In this document: piece by piece, positions 9,023-19,643 of the stretch
Position numbering within the stretch: the stretch's first letter is position 1
Layout: every line of letters begins with the position of its first letter
Source: Erysipelotrichales bacterium
GTDB lineage: Bacteria; Bacillota_I; Bacilli_A; RF39; UBA660
Length of the DNA: 64,000 nucleotides
NCBI GenBank assembly: GCA_022508565.1
Contig: JAFLUY010000008.1
Span: 9,325-73,324 of the forward strand
Direction: 5' to 3'
The notes under the pieces: generated by a model
Seen by the model: the letters and a program-made list of their open reading frames with translations, nothing else
Databases searched by the model: none
What the model was told of the DNA's origin: nothing
Made by a program: the position numbers and the translations under genes

Positions 9023-9057
9023 TATAATAATTTATAATAATTTTTTAATAATTTTAA

Positions 9058-9345
9058 TCATTGTCTCCAACCAATTTCCGTAGCTAAAGCTCCAAGAACA
9101 AGACGAGAAGTCAATAAACTACCAAATGAACCTTTAGGATCCACTCCAAGTATTTTACATAGAGTTTTCATAATAGCAGGACCAAAAGTTACACCTGTAA
9201 TACCTCCGAGAATAGCTGAAAACAATCCTTCATCTATAGGAATATTATTTTCTTTAGCTTCTTGTAATTTTTGGATCATATCATCATACATTTGATCTTC
9301 TGTGATGATATTGTCTTCATTTATATAATCTTTAATTGCTTTCAT
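9058..9345 (-). CDS. small membrane protein with CTS-like N-terminus (MKAIKDYINE)
   Basis: 95 aa with two glycine-rich hydrophobic segments (GLFSAILGGITGVTFGPAIM and FGSLLTSRLVLGALATEIGW). Confidence 0.55.
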   Translation of the reverse strand: MKAIKDYINEDNIITEDQMYDDMIQKLQEAKENNIPIDEGLFSAILGGITGVTFGPAIMKTLCKILGVDPKGSFGSLLTSRLVLGALATEIGWRQ

Positions 9346-9354
9346 ATTTTCTAT

Positions 9355-11004
9355 TTAGAATTTTTTTCCACCCCTTCTACTTAAATTAGCCATCTGCTCG
9401 GATATCATAAATTTTACATCATCAACACTTAACTCATTTTCAGGATCTTCTCCTAATTGGAAGATTCTTGCACAAGTAGCAAAAGACCTAATGGAAATTT
9501 CCATATCTGCTCCTTTATCTGCTAATTCTGTGAGATATTCATAAGCCTGTATTTTTGATTTTGCTGATAACTTTCCAGGATCAATTGCAGGCATTATTTT
9601 TTTAATTCTATCTAATAGTTGTTGTGTTGTGAAATCCAACGATTGTGTAAATACGCGATTTCTTAAAGCTGTATCAAGTTGTCCAACTGAATAATTTGTA
9701 ATGACAATTACTGAACCAGCATAAGACATGGTTTTCGGTACAGGAACTCCTTCATCATCTTTAAGATCTCCCGTAACTCTATATGATACTAAACGTCCTC
9801 CTTCATCATCTGTACTAGAATCTAATGCTCCTTTAAGAATATTGATGACGTCTTCCGGTGCACGCGGACCAACTAAAGCATCAGCATCATCTATGACTAT
9901 CATTTCTCCTTTATCTTTATGAGTATACATAGATAAATATAATTGTCTAGGTGTACATTTACCTTTAATTATATCAAGATTTTGTCCATTAATATATCCT
10001 TTAGATTTCAATTGAGTCAATACTGTATATGTCTTACCAATTCCAGGAGCTCCGCACAATATTACACCGGGCTGCAGACCTTTAACAACAGAATTTACAT
10101 AAGCATACATATGTTTAAAAGCTGTTTCTGGATCCTGTGTTTCTTTTTTAAATTCTTTAGATATTTTTTCTAAAGACTCATCTTCATTACTTATTTTAAC
10201 ATTTTTCTTAATGGATATGTTTAAATCTTCTAAAGAAGTTGCTCCACCTTTAATAGCATTCAATATAGTTCTATATTCTTTATAAAATTTACTAGCAGCT
10301 TCACGATCTCCCGCATCATAAGCTTCACGATGTTTTCTATATACTTCTTTTTTACGATCTTCTAATTCTCCTTCAAAAATAAAATTATATCCATTTCTGC
10401 TAGCAATAGTAGATTTTACTTCAAATATTTCCGAGATCCTATCATTCGAAATATTTTCATAGATTTTATAATTTAAAGCGCCGATATAAAAATTATGATA
10501 ATGCTCTTTCATAGTTTTATCATAAACTTTACCAGCTAATTCTTTAATTTTAGTTTCCGATAAAGAATAGTCTTTTGAATTTATTACATGATATATTACA
10601 GGAAGATAATATACGATACTAGCTCCCATAAAATTTAAATCTAAATTTCCTTTAACTGGATTATCTTTATCTTCTGACCAAAGTAATTTTTCTAAATTTG
10701 CTTCTGAATAAAAAGTTACCGAATACGGATCAAAAGTTTTAGAATTATTTTTAAAGTTGATAGAAAGAGCTCTAACATCTTTTGTTCCAAAATATATAAA
10801 ATATGATTGACATTCGTCTCCATTTACATTTAAACTATATGGAGCATTGTCTATATATACTTTATCATTTATATTCTTTCTTAAAAGTTTTAAAATTAGA
10901 TCCATTACTTTTTTAAAATCTTCATTTTTAAAACCCTCAAAAAGTCTTTTCGTATTTTCGTAGTTTTCGTTCTTTTTATTTATAAAATCTAAAAAACTAG
11001 CCAT
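9355..11004 (-). CDS. AAA+ ATPase with a large N-terminal domain of unknown function
   Basis: Walker A CGAPGIGKTY, Walker B MIVIDDAD and a sensor-like VIVITN. The N-terminus MASFLDFINK is a degenerate CTS-like sequence. Confidence 0.75.
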   Translation of the reverse strand: MASFLDFINKKNENYENTKRLFEGFKNEDFKKVMDLILKLLRKNINDKVYIDNAPYSLNVNGDECQSYFIYFGTKDVRALSINFKNNSKTFDPYSVTFYSEANLEKLLWSEDKDNPVKGNLDLNFMGASIVYYLPVIYHVINSKDYSLSETKIKELAGKVYDKTMKEHYHNFYIGALNYKIYENISNDRISEIFEVKSTIASRNGYNFIFEGELEDRKKEVYRKHREAYDAGDREAASKFYKEYRTILNAIKGGATSLEDLNISIKKNVKISNEDESLEKISKEFKKETQDPETAFKHMYAYVNSVVKGLQPGVILCGAPGIGKTYTVLTQLKSKGYINGQNLDIIKGKCTPRQLYLSMYTHKDKGEMIVIDDADALVGPRAPEDVINILKGALDSSTDDEGGRLVSYRVTGDLKDDEGVPVPKTMSYAGSVIVITNYSVGQLDTALRNRVFTQSLDFTTQQLLDRIKKIMPAIDPGKLSAKSKIQAYEYLTELADKGADMEISIRSFATCARIFQLGEDPENELSVDDVKFMISEQMANLSRRGGKKF

Positions 11005-11069
11005 ATATTATGTTTCTTTTATTTTTCTTATATATAAAAATTGTCAATTTAATAATATCAGATGTATTA

Positions 11070-12767
11070 TTAAATCCATATTATTTGAATAGTTTCGGCA
11101 GTTAAATTATCATCAGTATTCATCTTTTGTTTATCTGGATTAAATCCTTTATTATAGTAATAAGTAATCGGCCCATGTAATACTGGAACTTTTAATTTAG
11201 ATGTTATTGAGATGTTCCCGAATAAATCTAATCCAACTGGTTTATCTAAATCATAAATCTTTTTTATTTCTTGATATTGATATGTGCCATTGACAAATTT
11301 TAATTCATAATCATAATAAATTCCATTTTTATATGCCTTTTCATTTTCTTCCGAAATTATTTCTAAATCGAATGATTGAATATCTGGTATTTCATCAATA
11401 ACTTTTTTAATCAAATCAGATTTAGCAATAAAATATACATTATAAGACAACTCCATAAAATAAGTTGCCAAGACATTACGGATTTGAGTAGAAATACTAT
11501 CTTTTTGATAATCCGAAGGAATTTTTACATAACAAATAATAGCATATTTAGAAATTATTGGATCTTGAAATTTCATACTCATTCCACCAAAAATCTTATT
11601 AGAATTATTTAAAGTATGAAGTACCATTTCTTTTTGATTGTCAGTAAGCAACAATTCTGAAGGTTCTAATTCTAAATATTCTTCAGGAGAAGTCAATTTC
11701 GATTTTTTATTAGATAGGGATGATACCGTAACGGCTAATGAATTTTTTTCAGTCCAAATATTTGTCTGGCCGATGAATGAGAATCTTTTTAGAAAAAGTT
11801 TAAAATTATCTTCAGTAGCTAATACTAAATTTCTAGATTGGTAACCTATCATAGTTTGAATTTCTTCCATTGTATCAGCGTCAGTACCTCCAGAAATATA
11901 GTTACTCATTTTTATACGTAAATATTTATTGCCATCAACTTTATTTCCGTAAGCATCAACAACACCACTTGCTATAAAAAATCCCGTAGCAGAAGATTTA
12001 TCGATGTTTCCTAAATCTCCATTGTGAGCGATATATCTTACAGAGATGTTTTGCCCATCTAATAATTGTTTTCCATGAACTCCATTACCAAACATCACAG
12101 AAAACCCTTTTTCAAATCCAATAGTAAGAACAAATTCCTTACTATTTTCGGTCATATCATATAAACAAGCAGCTTGAGTATATTTTTCTCCGTCTACAGT
12201 AACTTCGATATATTCTTTATCATATAAAGATGGGACAGCTATTTCGAATGATTCTAGAGGATTTCCTTTAGCAGTATATGAATGATTTTTCCATGTTCCT
12301 TGTACCACTTTTATTTCGTGAGTTACTAAAGGTTTAGCTAAATCGAATATATAAAAATCTAATGGTAATAAAGCGATATAATCTAATCCTGTAGTGGCAT
12401 TCTTAATGATGGCTCCATTTTTTAAATATATTTTAGAATTACTATGTTCTAACCCATTAGTAACAAAATTAGAAATTACGAATGTTCCAGATGCCGCTGA
12501 TCCATAAAAAGCTTCATATCCCGACAATCTAGCTAAACCAAATATTGATTTTTTACGAGTTGCTGTATAGACGTTTTGTTCTGTAAAAGCGTCTTCTATG
12601 TAGAACATCATATTTTGAAGGACTCCCTTTATTCCTTCAAAAACTAAACCAAAAATATTTGATTTAGAATATTGGTATCCGGCATCTGATAATGTTTTTG
12701 ATAGATAGGCTCGTATACTATTATCAAAATTGTGATAAGAAGTTTCAATTACTTTAAATAGTTTCAT
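11070..12767 (-). CDS. baseplate wedge protein (baseplate-J / T4 gp6-like), assigned mainly by position
   Basis: 565-aa ORF immediately downstream of the gp25-like gene, as in the myovirus W-J gene order. No diagnostic motif was recognised by eye. Confidence 0.4.
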   Translation of the reverse strand: MKLFKVIETSYHNFDNSIRAYLSKTLSDAGYQYSKSNIFGLVFEGIKGVLQNMMFYIEDAFTEQNVYTATRKKSIFGLARLSGYEAFYGSAASGTFVISNFVTNGLEHSNSKIYLKNGAIIKNATTGLDYIALLPLDFYIFDLAKPLVTHEIKVVQGTWKNHSYTAKGNPLESFEIAVPSLYDKEYIEVTVDGEKYTQAACLYDMTENSKEFVLTIGFEKGFSVMFGNGVHGKQLLDGQNISVRYIAHNGDLGNIDKSSATGFFIASGVVDAYGNKVDGNKYLRIKMSNYISGGTDADTMEEIQTMIGYQSRNLVLATEDNFKLFLKRFSFIGQTNIWTEKNSLAVTVSSLSNKKSKLTSPEEYLELEPSELLLTDNQKEMVLHTLNNSNKIFGGMSMKFQDPIISKYAIICYVKIPSDYQKDSISTQIRNVLATYFMELSYNVYFIAKSDLIKKVIDEIPDIQSFDLEIISEENEKAYKNGIYYDYELKFVNGTYQYQEIKKIYDLDKPVGLDLFGNISITSKLKVPVLHGPITYYYNKGFNPDKQKMNTDDNLTAETIQIIWI

Positions 12768-12770
12768 AAA

Positions 12771-13124
12771 TCATTTAAACATCCAATTTTTTAATGGCTT
12801 TAAGTTTCCATTGTTTCCCATAATAGAAATCTTCACAACATAGATATCACGTAAGGTTCCTTGCATAACTTCAGTATTTACATGAACATCTAAAAGATTA
12901 CAAAAATATGTTTGAGCATGGATTTTCATGAGGAGATATTGATCTACATCACTAGGAGAAGGGCTCATAGTCCATAAAAATTGTTCAAAATTTACTCCAT
13001 AGCTATAATCTCCTAAAAGTTCAGTTTCTTCAGTACCGAACATCACATCTAATTCTTGAATAGCCGCGTCTAGAATATCATCAACTATCAATCCTTGAAA
13101 AAGTTTGAAATCATATTGTGCCAT
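12771..13124 (-). CDS. baseplate wedge protein, GPW/gp25-like
   Basis: 117 aa. AIQELDVMFGTEETELLGDYSYGVNFEQFLW fits the gp25 pattern I..L...T..GE......FG..L..LLF. Size and position also fit. Confidence 0.55.
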   Translation of the reverse strand: MAQYDFKLFQGLIVDDILDAAIQELDVMFGTEETELLGDYSYGVNFEQFLWTMSPSPSDVDQYLLMKIHAQTYFCNLLDVHVNTEVMQGTLRDIYVVKISIMGNNGNLKPLKNWMFK

Positions 13125-13127
13125 AAA

Positions 13128-13517
13128 TTATATTCCTGTAATTTCATAATCTCCTGAAGAAATATATTCGCCAGTATTATCTAAAATATGATATTGTCCA
13201 CCTGCTGCTTTTAATAAAGTTGTATCTATTCTAAAGATCACATAAACTTCATTTCTAGCAAATTCAGAAATTTGATTTCCTTCTATTGACAATCTAAAAG
13301 ATTCAATCTTATTCATATAGTCTGCTAGATTTATTCCTACATTTTGTATCAATCCCTGCTTCATATAGATTTTTTGTAAATCATATGCACGATAAAATAT
13401 AGGTTTATATATAACCCTAGGACTTGATTTAGTATTTACTAAAGAATTGTCATTAGTGATCTTTTTTTCAACTATACAATTTATCTTATCAATATTATAA
13501 TATATTCCTTTTAACAT
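13128..13517 (-). CDS. hypothetical protein (baseplate-module neighbour)
   Basis: 129-aa ORF with a 3-nt gap to the gp25-like gene. Confidence 0.55.
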   Translation of the reverse strand: MLKGIYYNIDKINCIVEKKITNDNSLVNTKSSPRVIYKPIFYRAYDLQKIYMKQGLIQNVGINLADYMNKIESFRLSIEGNQISEFARNEVYVIFRIDTTLLKAAGGQYHILDNTGEYISSGDYEITGI

Positions 13518-13558
13518 TTAGATTACTTTTTTAAATCTGTTTCTTTAATTAAAAATTA

Positions 13559-16500
13559 TTATTTTCTTATATTTGTCTTAGCTTCTAAAACAGTTGAATT
13601 TGTTAATATAAATTCTCCTTGTCCATCTCCATCAAATACATAAGCTGTACCTATATTCGCTTTCCATTTAATATTAATGCCATAATCAAAATAAATTATT
13701 TGCGGAAAATCATAAACTTCTCCATTTATTTCATAATTTATTATTCCATTTCCGAAAACTAATTCTAATTTGATTTGTTTAAGTTTAGCAACCGGAGCAA
13801 TTTGATATGCCTGATTTATATTATCAATTTTTAAAGTACCGAAATTATTTTCGATATTATAATTAGGGAGAGGTAAAGCGGACCAATTTATCTTTTCATT
13901 ATAATATGAATCATATAATGAGTTTTCCGTGAAAGAAACATCATTTATAAATATAGATTCTACTCCTTCATTCAATATTATTTCTACAGATATGCCGATT
14001 TCTTCACTGCTGATATTTATAGATATTTCATTATTTATGCCAATCAATGATAATGCCTGATTTTTTAAACAAGTCAATTGATATCCTGACTTTTCGAAAA
14101 CTTCCCACGACAATACATCTCCGTATTTAAAAGTTAATGTTTGTGAGCTGTAATATTTATTGTTATTCAATATTACATAATCAATTCCTTCATCAAGATT
14201 TAATCTTATGATAAATGTTTGTCTTTCTGGAATAGGAGAAATTATTACTTCTTTCGGATTATCAACTAAAATAGTCTTTTCATAATTATCCATATAATAT
14301 CCTTCCATAGTAAAGATTCTATATCTTAAAGTTGTACCATAAATTACATTTTCCTTTAAATATCCAGTAAATACTATAGTTTCTAATAGTTCATCATTAT
14401 CATAAATAAGAATCTTATCAATTCCATTTTTAACAATAACTTTAATAGGTACTTCTATTTTATTAGTTTCTAAATATAAGTCTGTTACTGATTTCGTTAT
14501 TTTAAATTGGTAATTTTGATTTATATCAGATAATTCATATCCTTCTTCAAGAAATATTTGCATATTGACATAATCTCCATACTTAAATGAGAAAGTTGTT
14601 GCATTAGTATCGATTTTTTGTCCATTACATATAATATATTCTATTCCAGAATCCCAATGAATAAATAAAAGACAACTAATTACATCGGTTTCAGGAGAAA
14701 TATTAGTATCTTCTGTTAAAAGAAATTCTCCTGAAAGATCACTTATATTACGATATCCTTCAGATAGTTTTGCCGTCCATTTTATTGGAGTATCATAATC
14801 ATATTTTAAATATTTTGTAGTATAATAATTTTTAATTTCATTACCATCTTCTACACTTATTTCTGAAATACTTTTATCTATAATTATTCCTAAAGTTTTC
14901 TTTTTAATATTTATTATTGGTTTGATTTCAAAAGAATCTATATTGATAACTTCAATTATTCCAGATTTTTCTTTACATTCATATTTATCTTCATTTTCTA
15001 ATACAATTTCCCATAATATATTATTTCCATAAATACAAGTATCTTCATATATTGGTTGGTCTACTACGAAATTTCCAGAATTCATACTAATCTTTATAGA
15101 ATATATTCCTGGTTCTGTATAGACTTTATATGGAATCAATATTAATTCGGTCATTATTGATATCTCCGTTTTAGGTTCAATAAGTCTAACATATCCATCT
15201 AAAGCATTTGTATATCCATCACTTATATATAATCGATAGTTTTTAAGTAAAATTACTTTCCACGAAATAAAAGTACCATAATCATATTCTCTTTCGAAAT
15301 TATCTAATATTTGTATTTCTTCTCCATTAATGATTAATTTATCAAATCCATTTCGGTATTGTATTTTAAATAATACTTTTTTGATTTCTGGTATCGGAGA
15401 TATAATCAATTCTTCAACAATCTTCTCGATATATCCTTTATTGATTTCACATTTATAAGATTCTATACATTCGACTGTCCATGATATAGAGTCTCCATAA
15501 TCTACATAAATCAAATCATTTTTAAAATATTCTTTTTTATTGACTATAATTTTTGATATTCCATAATTGAATCTTATTCTTATAGGTATTTGAATTCTTT
15601 CTGTATCTATTTCAATATTCTTATTATCAGTAATTACGAAATCATCTGATTTTTTAGAATAATCAATAAATTTATATCCTTCATTAGGAATTCCTTTCCA
15701 AGATACATGATCTCCATAAGATATTTCAAAAGTTTCCGTTATTTTTTCTGAATCGGCTTCTAAAATAATGGGTTTTGTTTCGTTAATTGAAATTTCTACT
15801 TTACAATTTTGTAATCCAAAACTTAAAGTTCTTGGCTCTCCTTTAGCCATGGGACTTATTGTAAGATCTTCAGTTATTATATTTTCATACTCTTCATTTT
15901 CTTTGATTTCATCATTTATCAAATAGAATTTATCCGATAGTACTACTTTCCATTTTATAATTTCTCCATAATCAAAAGATAATACAGCATTTTCTTTATA
16001 TTTCAATCTATTCAATTCAATATAAGAAATTCCTTTATTGATTACGATATCTACAATAAATTTTGTTGGATAAGAAATTACATCGATAACATGTCCTTCT
16101 GGATTATTTAAAATAATTGTTCCGAAAGAATCCGATTCAAATTCAAAACCGTCTCGTAGGTTTGCTTTCCAAGAAATCTCAGATCCATAATCAAAATATA
16201 AAGATATTTCATTATTCTTTATAATATATTCTTCTTCATTTATATATAATGAATATATTCCTTTATCACAATTGAAAGTTACTTTTATTTTATCTGGAAC
16301 AATTGTTGGATTCAATTTAGTATTTTCTTTTATAATAAACTCTTTATTTTCATCAATACAAAGATATCCTTTTATTATTTCAACATCCCAGTTAACTTTA
16401 TCTCCATAATCAAATTCAATTTTTTCTTTTAATTCTTTTTGTTCGTATACACAAATCATTTCCATAGACTTTATTATTGGAGCAGGACCTGATGATGTTT

Positions 16501-17120
16501 TCGTTATAAGAAACCTTTTATTTCCTTCTGGTTTATTAGAAATCCATTTTTTATTTTTATAATTTCCTGTAGAAAATACAATATTATTGTCTTCTAAATT
16601 ATCTCCTTCAAATAAGATTTCTTTAATAGTATATCTTGTTTTAGCAGAAATTGTAATAGAGTTATCTTTATCAAAATAAAGTCCCCAACCATTATCTACA
16701 TCATCCTCTTCATAATATAATTTAGGATTATTGTCAGATTCATTAGATTCTCCTATTATAGTGATTAAAGAATTCTTTATAGGATTATCTGTTAAAATTA
16801 TCTCATTTGTATTATTTGTTTCAATTCCAAAATCTTCTAAATTATTAAAATCTATCTTTAAATTTGTTTCAATATATCTTTCATTAGAATTAAAATAATC
16901 TATATCATTTACTGTATATTTTATTATGTAATCATTATATATAAGTTTTAAAAATTTCTGAATCTTATTAGTATTTATAGAAATTATATAGTCATCTTCA
17001 AACAAATCTTGATCTCCTTGTAATATATCATCAGTCTCATAACCTTCTTTCAATATAGCTTTCCATTCTATATGAAATCCATAAGGACATTCTATCTCTT
17101 GTGAATCAAAATATAATTGG
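13559..17120 (-). repeat. protein-level tandem array of ~85-aa beta-rich modules (Listeria-Bacteroides/InlB B-repeat-like)
   Basis: The YGD.I.W....EGY signature recurs at least 14 times. The boundaries are approximate. Confidence 0.6.
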
Positions 17121-18532
17121 TTATTTATAATTATTTTTTCTACTCCTTCATCGATATCAATTTTATATTTTAACGGCTTAGATATAAGAAGTACTCTACT
17201 TTCTAGAGTATCATTAATCATATATTTGAAAATTTCTTTAGTTATCATCACCATATTGCTTTCAATAACGTTTCCAAGATATCGATCAATAAATCTAGCT
17301 CTACAAACTAATACTTCAGGATATTGTGTCCATCTTTCAAATATATTGTTTAATTGAAATGAAAAATCATCAAAATCTAAATCCCAATTGATTTTTTCGT
17401 ATACGACATTATTAAAATTAACATCTGTAGAAATCTCTATTTGATATCCACACATGTGCATTTCTTCGCCTGGCACGTCTCCATACATTTCTGCTTCATA
17501 TTCGTCATCATTCTCGTCAGGATCATATATGATTCCTCTGTATTCATTTATGCTAACATCATTATAATATTCATAAGCTTGTTTGAAATTATCATATAAT
17601 GAATTTTCTGGAAGTTCAAATCTACATGCTAATATAGGTAATTCACTTAATTCAAATTTAGCAGTAAGTTTAAAATCTACATTATTAGTAAATGTACAAG
17701 AATTAGGCAATAGATCTTCTTCTAACATATACTTTTTAGTATTAGGATCAATCCCAGAATAAGGAAATAAAGTAACTTTTATTAAATTTGTAAATAACGA
17801 ACTGTCCCCAGTTTTATAATCATCTCCAAGATATTCTTTCATAAAATCTCCTTTTAAACTACCAATCTTATATAAAGATTTAAATAATTTCATTGGGACA
17901 AAAGAAGTATCTTCATATCCATCTATAATATTTAAAGAATCATCATAAAAAGTATTTCTAAATAATTCTTCAATATTAGGTATGGCAAATTCTACATATT
18001 CACTATAATAATTGTTTGAATGAATAAATTCGTTTTCTGATTTAGTACGCAAATTTGAATTAGGAGAACAATACAAATGAAAATGGATAGAATTTATATA
18101 AGAATCAACATATATAAGATATTTTTGGTCTACTTTATTATGCGGATGATAAATTCTAATTAGATCACAATTAATTTTAGCCAATATTTTATTTCCTTCC
18201 TCATCAATATTTCTATAAATATACCCTAAATCATTTAAATTATATCTAAAAGAATCATTATAGTCTTGGATATTTTCAGAGAAATTTGTTGTTTGATCAT
18301 AATTAGCAAAAGAATAAGTATTTGGATATGCTAATTTCCATTTATTTTCTCTAGACATTTCCCAAATATCTTTATCGATGACATACACATCAGTATCAAA
18401 AGTTAAATTGTCAACAAATTCAAATTTTCTTAAAATAACAAATTCATTTGAAGTTTTTATAATCGAATCATTTGGTATATATCGATCAATTATATAAATA
18501 TTTTCTCCTAAAATTATCTTATCTCTTTGCAT
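13559..18532 (-). CDS. large repeat-domain tail fibre / receptor-binding-type structural protein
   Basis: 1657 aa. After roughly 470 N-terminal residues there are at least 14 tandem ~85-aa modules, each ending in [FY]xYG[DS]xIxW...EGY (for example FDYGDKVNWDVEIIKGY, FDYGSEISWKANLRDGF, VDYGDSISWTVECIESY). Confidence 0.7.
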   Translation of the reverse strand: MQRDKIILGENIYIIDRYIPNDSIIKTSNEFVILRKFEFVDNLTFDTDVYVIDKDIWEMSRENKWKLAYPNTYSFANYDQTTNFSENIQDYNDSFRYNLNDLGYIYRNIDEEGNKILAKINCDLIRIYHPHNKVDQKYLIYVDSYINSIHFHLYCSPNSNLRTKSENEFIHSNNYYSEYVEFAIPNIEELFRNTFYDDSLNIIDGYEDTSFVPMKLFKSLYKIGSLKGDFMKEYLGDDYKTGDSSLFTNLIKVTLFPYSGIDPNTKKYMLEEDLLPNSCTFTNNVDFKLTAKFELSELPILACRFELPENSLYDNFKQAYEYYNDVSINEYRGIIYDPDENDDEYEAEMYGDVPGEEMHMCGYQIEISTDVNFNNVVYEKINWDLDFDDFSFQLNNIFERWTQYPEVLVCRARFIDRYLGNVIESNMVMITKEIFKYMINDTLESRVLLISKPLKYKIDIDEGVEKIIINNQLYFDSQEIECPYGFHIEWKAILKEGYETDDILQGDQDLFEDDYIISINTNKIQKFLKLIYNDYIIKYTVNDIDYFNSNERYIETNLKIDFNNLEDFGIETNNTNEIILTDNPIKNSLITIIGESNESDNNPKLYYEEDDVDNGWGLYFDKDNSITISAKTRYTIKEILFEGDNLEDNNIVFSTGNYKNKKWISNKPEGNKRFLITKTSSGPAPIIKSMEMICVYEQKELKEKIEFDYGDKVNWDVEIIKGYLCIDENKEFIIKENTKLNPTIVPDKIKVTFNCDKGIYSLYINEEEYIIKNNEISLYFDYGSEISWKANLRDGFEFESDSFGTIILNNPEGHVIDVISYPTKFIVDIVINKGISYIELNRLKYKENAVLSFDYGEIIKWKVVLSDKFYLINDEIKENEEYENIITEDLTISPMAKGEPRTLSFGLQNCKVEISINETKPIILEADSEKITETFEISYGDHVSWKGIPNEGYKFIDYSKKSDDFVITDNKNIEIDTERIQIPIRIRFNYGISKIIVNKKEYFKNDLIYVDYGDSISWTVECIESYKCEINKGYIEKIVEELIISPIPEIKKVLFKIQYRNGFDKLIINGEEIQILDNFEREYDYGTFISWKVILLKNYRLYISDGYTNALDGYVRLIEPKTEISIMTELILIPYKVYTEPGIYSIKISMNSGNFVVDQPIYEDTCIYGNNILWEIVLENEDKYECKEKSGIIEVINIDSFEIKPIINIKKKTLGIIIDKSISEISVEDGNEIKNYYTTKYLKYDYDTPIKWTAKLSEGYRNISDLSGEFLLTEDTNISPETDVISCLLFIHWDSGIEYIICNGQKIDTNATTFSFKYGDYVNMQIFLEEGYELSDINQNYQFKITKSVTDLYLETNKIEVPIKVIVKNGIDKILIYDNDELLETIVFTGYLKENVIYGTTLRYRIFTMEGYYMDNYEKTILVDNPKEVIISPIPERQTFIIRLNLDEGIDYVILNNNKYYSSQTLTFKYGDVLSWEVFEKSGYQLTCLKNQALSLIGINNEISINISSEEIGISVEIILNEGVESIFINDVSFTENSLYDSYYNEKINWSALPLPNYNIENNFGTLKIDNINQAYQIAPVAKLKQIKLELVFGNGIINYEINGEVYDFPQIIYFDYGINIKWKANIGTAYVFDGDGQGEFILTNSTVLEAKTNIRK

Positions 18533-18618
18533 ATTAAAATATATAAAACTATTATATACAAAAATAAAATTTAAATTAAGAAAAAACTATTTTTGAATAA
18601 CTAAACTATTCTTTATTT

Positions 18619-19263
18619 ATGAGACCGATTCAAGTATTATATATCCACGATTTTAATGGATCAGCATATGAAGAGACTTATAAAAATATTGAAGAATCTT
18701 TAAAAAAATATCCTAAAATAATACTACATACAATATCATGGGATTTAAAAGATTCTAGTATTTCAGTAGAAAGACTAAATATAATAAATTATATAAACGA
18801 AAATAAAATTGATATATTAATCGGAAATTCTGTTGGAGGATATATTATATCGTCAATAAATAAGCCAAAAATATTAATGAATTCTCCTTTAGATAAGATG
18901 CAATTAGGAATAGTAGGGTTATATCCTGATTTTTATGAATCTTATAATAAAGAATTATGGGAAAATTATGGGCCAAACAATACTGAAGATATTTGGATTT
19001 GTTCCTCATCTAAAGATAATTTATTTGGGACAAAATCTTATTCTTTAGTTAAAAATCTTTTTACAAATTCAAATATAATCCGAAATATTTTTGAAGACGA
19101 ACATGTATTGAAATTTGAAAATATTGAAAAAGTTATTGATGGAATGTTCAATATGATAAAATCTAATGACAAATTATTAAATCGTTTAGAAAATATTACA
19201 GAAGAAGACGTGCACAAATATATGAAAAATGTGCAAAATGATTCTATTATTGATATATATTGA
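18619..19263 (+). CDS. YqiA-like alpha/beta-hydrolase esterase
   Basis: VLYIHDFNGS (compare YqiA LYLHGFNSS), GNSVGGY nucleophile elbow, MNSPLD, and a late His (EDEH). Confidence 0.65.
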   Translation: MRPIQVLYIHDFNGSAYEETYKNIEESLKKYPKIILHTISWDLKDSSISVERLNIINYINENKIDILIGNSVGGYIISSINKPKILMNSPLDKMQLGIVGLYPDFYESYNKELWENYGPNNTEDIWICSSSKDNLFGTKSYSLVKNLFTNSNIIRNIFEDEHVLKFENIEKVIDGMFNMIKSNDKLLNRLENITEEDVHKYMKNVQNDSIIDIY

Positions 19264-19278
19264 AAATTATATATTAAG

Positions 19279-19566
19279 ATGGAAAATCATATATTAGAAT
19301 ATAAAAATACTCTTCAAAGTATTTTAGAGAAATATAATCAAAGAACAGAAGTAAAAATAAATGTTTGTGAATATGAACAGACAGATGAAATAATGAAAGA
19401 TCGTTATTTAGAATTTGATTTTAATATTAAAGATTTTACAGATGAATTAGCAGATGAGATTTTAGATTTTACTTTTGATTGTTTGATAAATGATGGAATT
19501 GAGATAATTCCATCAGATAAAATGGTTGAGATATTAATTGAAAATCAATATGAAATAATTTTTTAA
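19279..19566 (+). CDS. hypothetical acidic protein
   Basis: 95-aa ORF followed by a terminator. Confidence 0.55.
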   Translation: MENHILEYKNTLQSILEKYNQRTEVKINVCEYEQTDEIMKDRYLEFDFNIKDFTDELADEILDFTFDCLINDGIEIIPSDKMVEILIENQYEIIF

Positions 19567-19591
19567 AAAATAATTAATATTTTTTAATTCT

Positions 19592-19620
19592 AAGAACTAA
19601 ATTAATTAGTTCTTTTTTAT
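19592..19620 (+). terminator. rho-independent terminator
   Basis: Perfect 9-bp stem aagaactaa (19592-19600) / ttagttctt (19606-19614), then ttttat. Confidence 0.65.
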
Positions 19621-19643
19621 TTTTAATAAAAAACTAAAAGATA

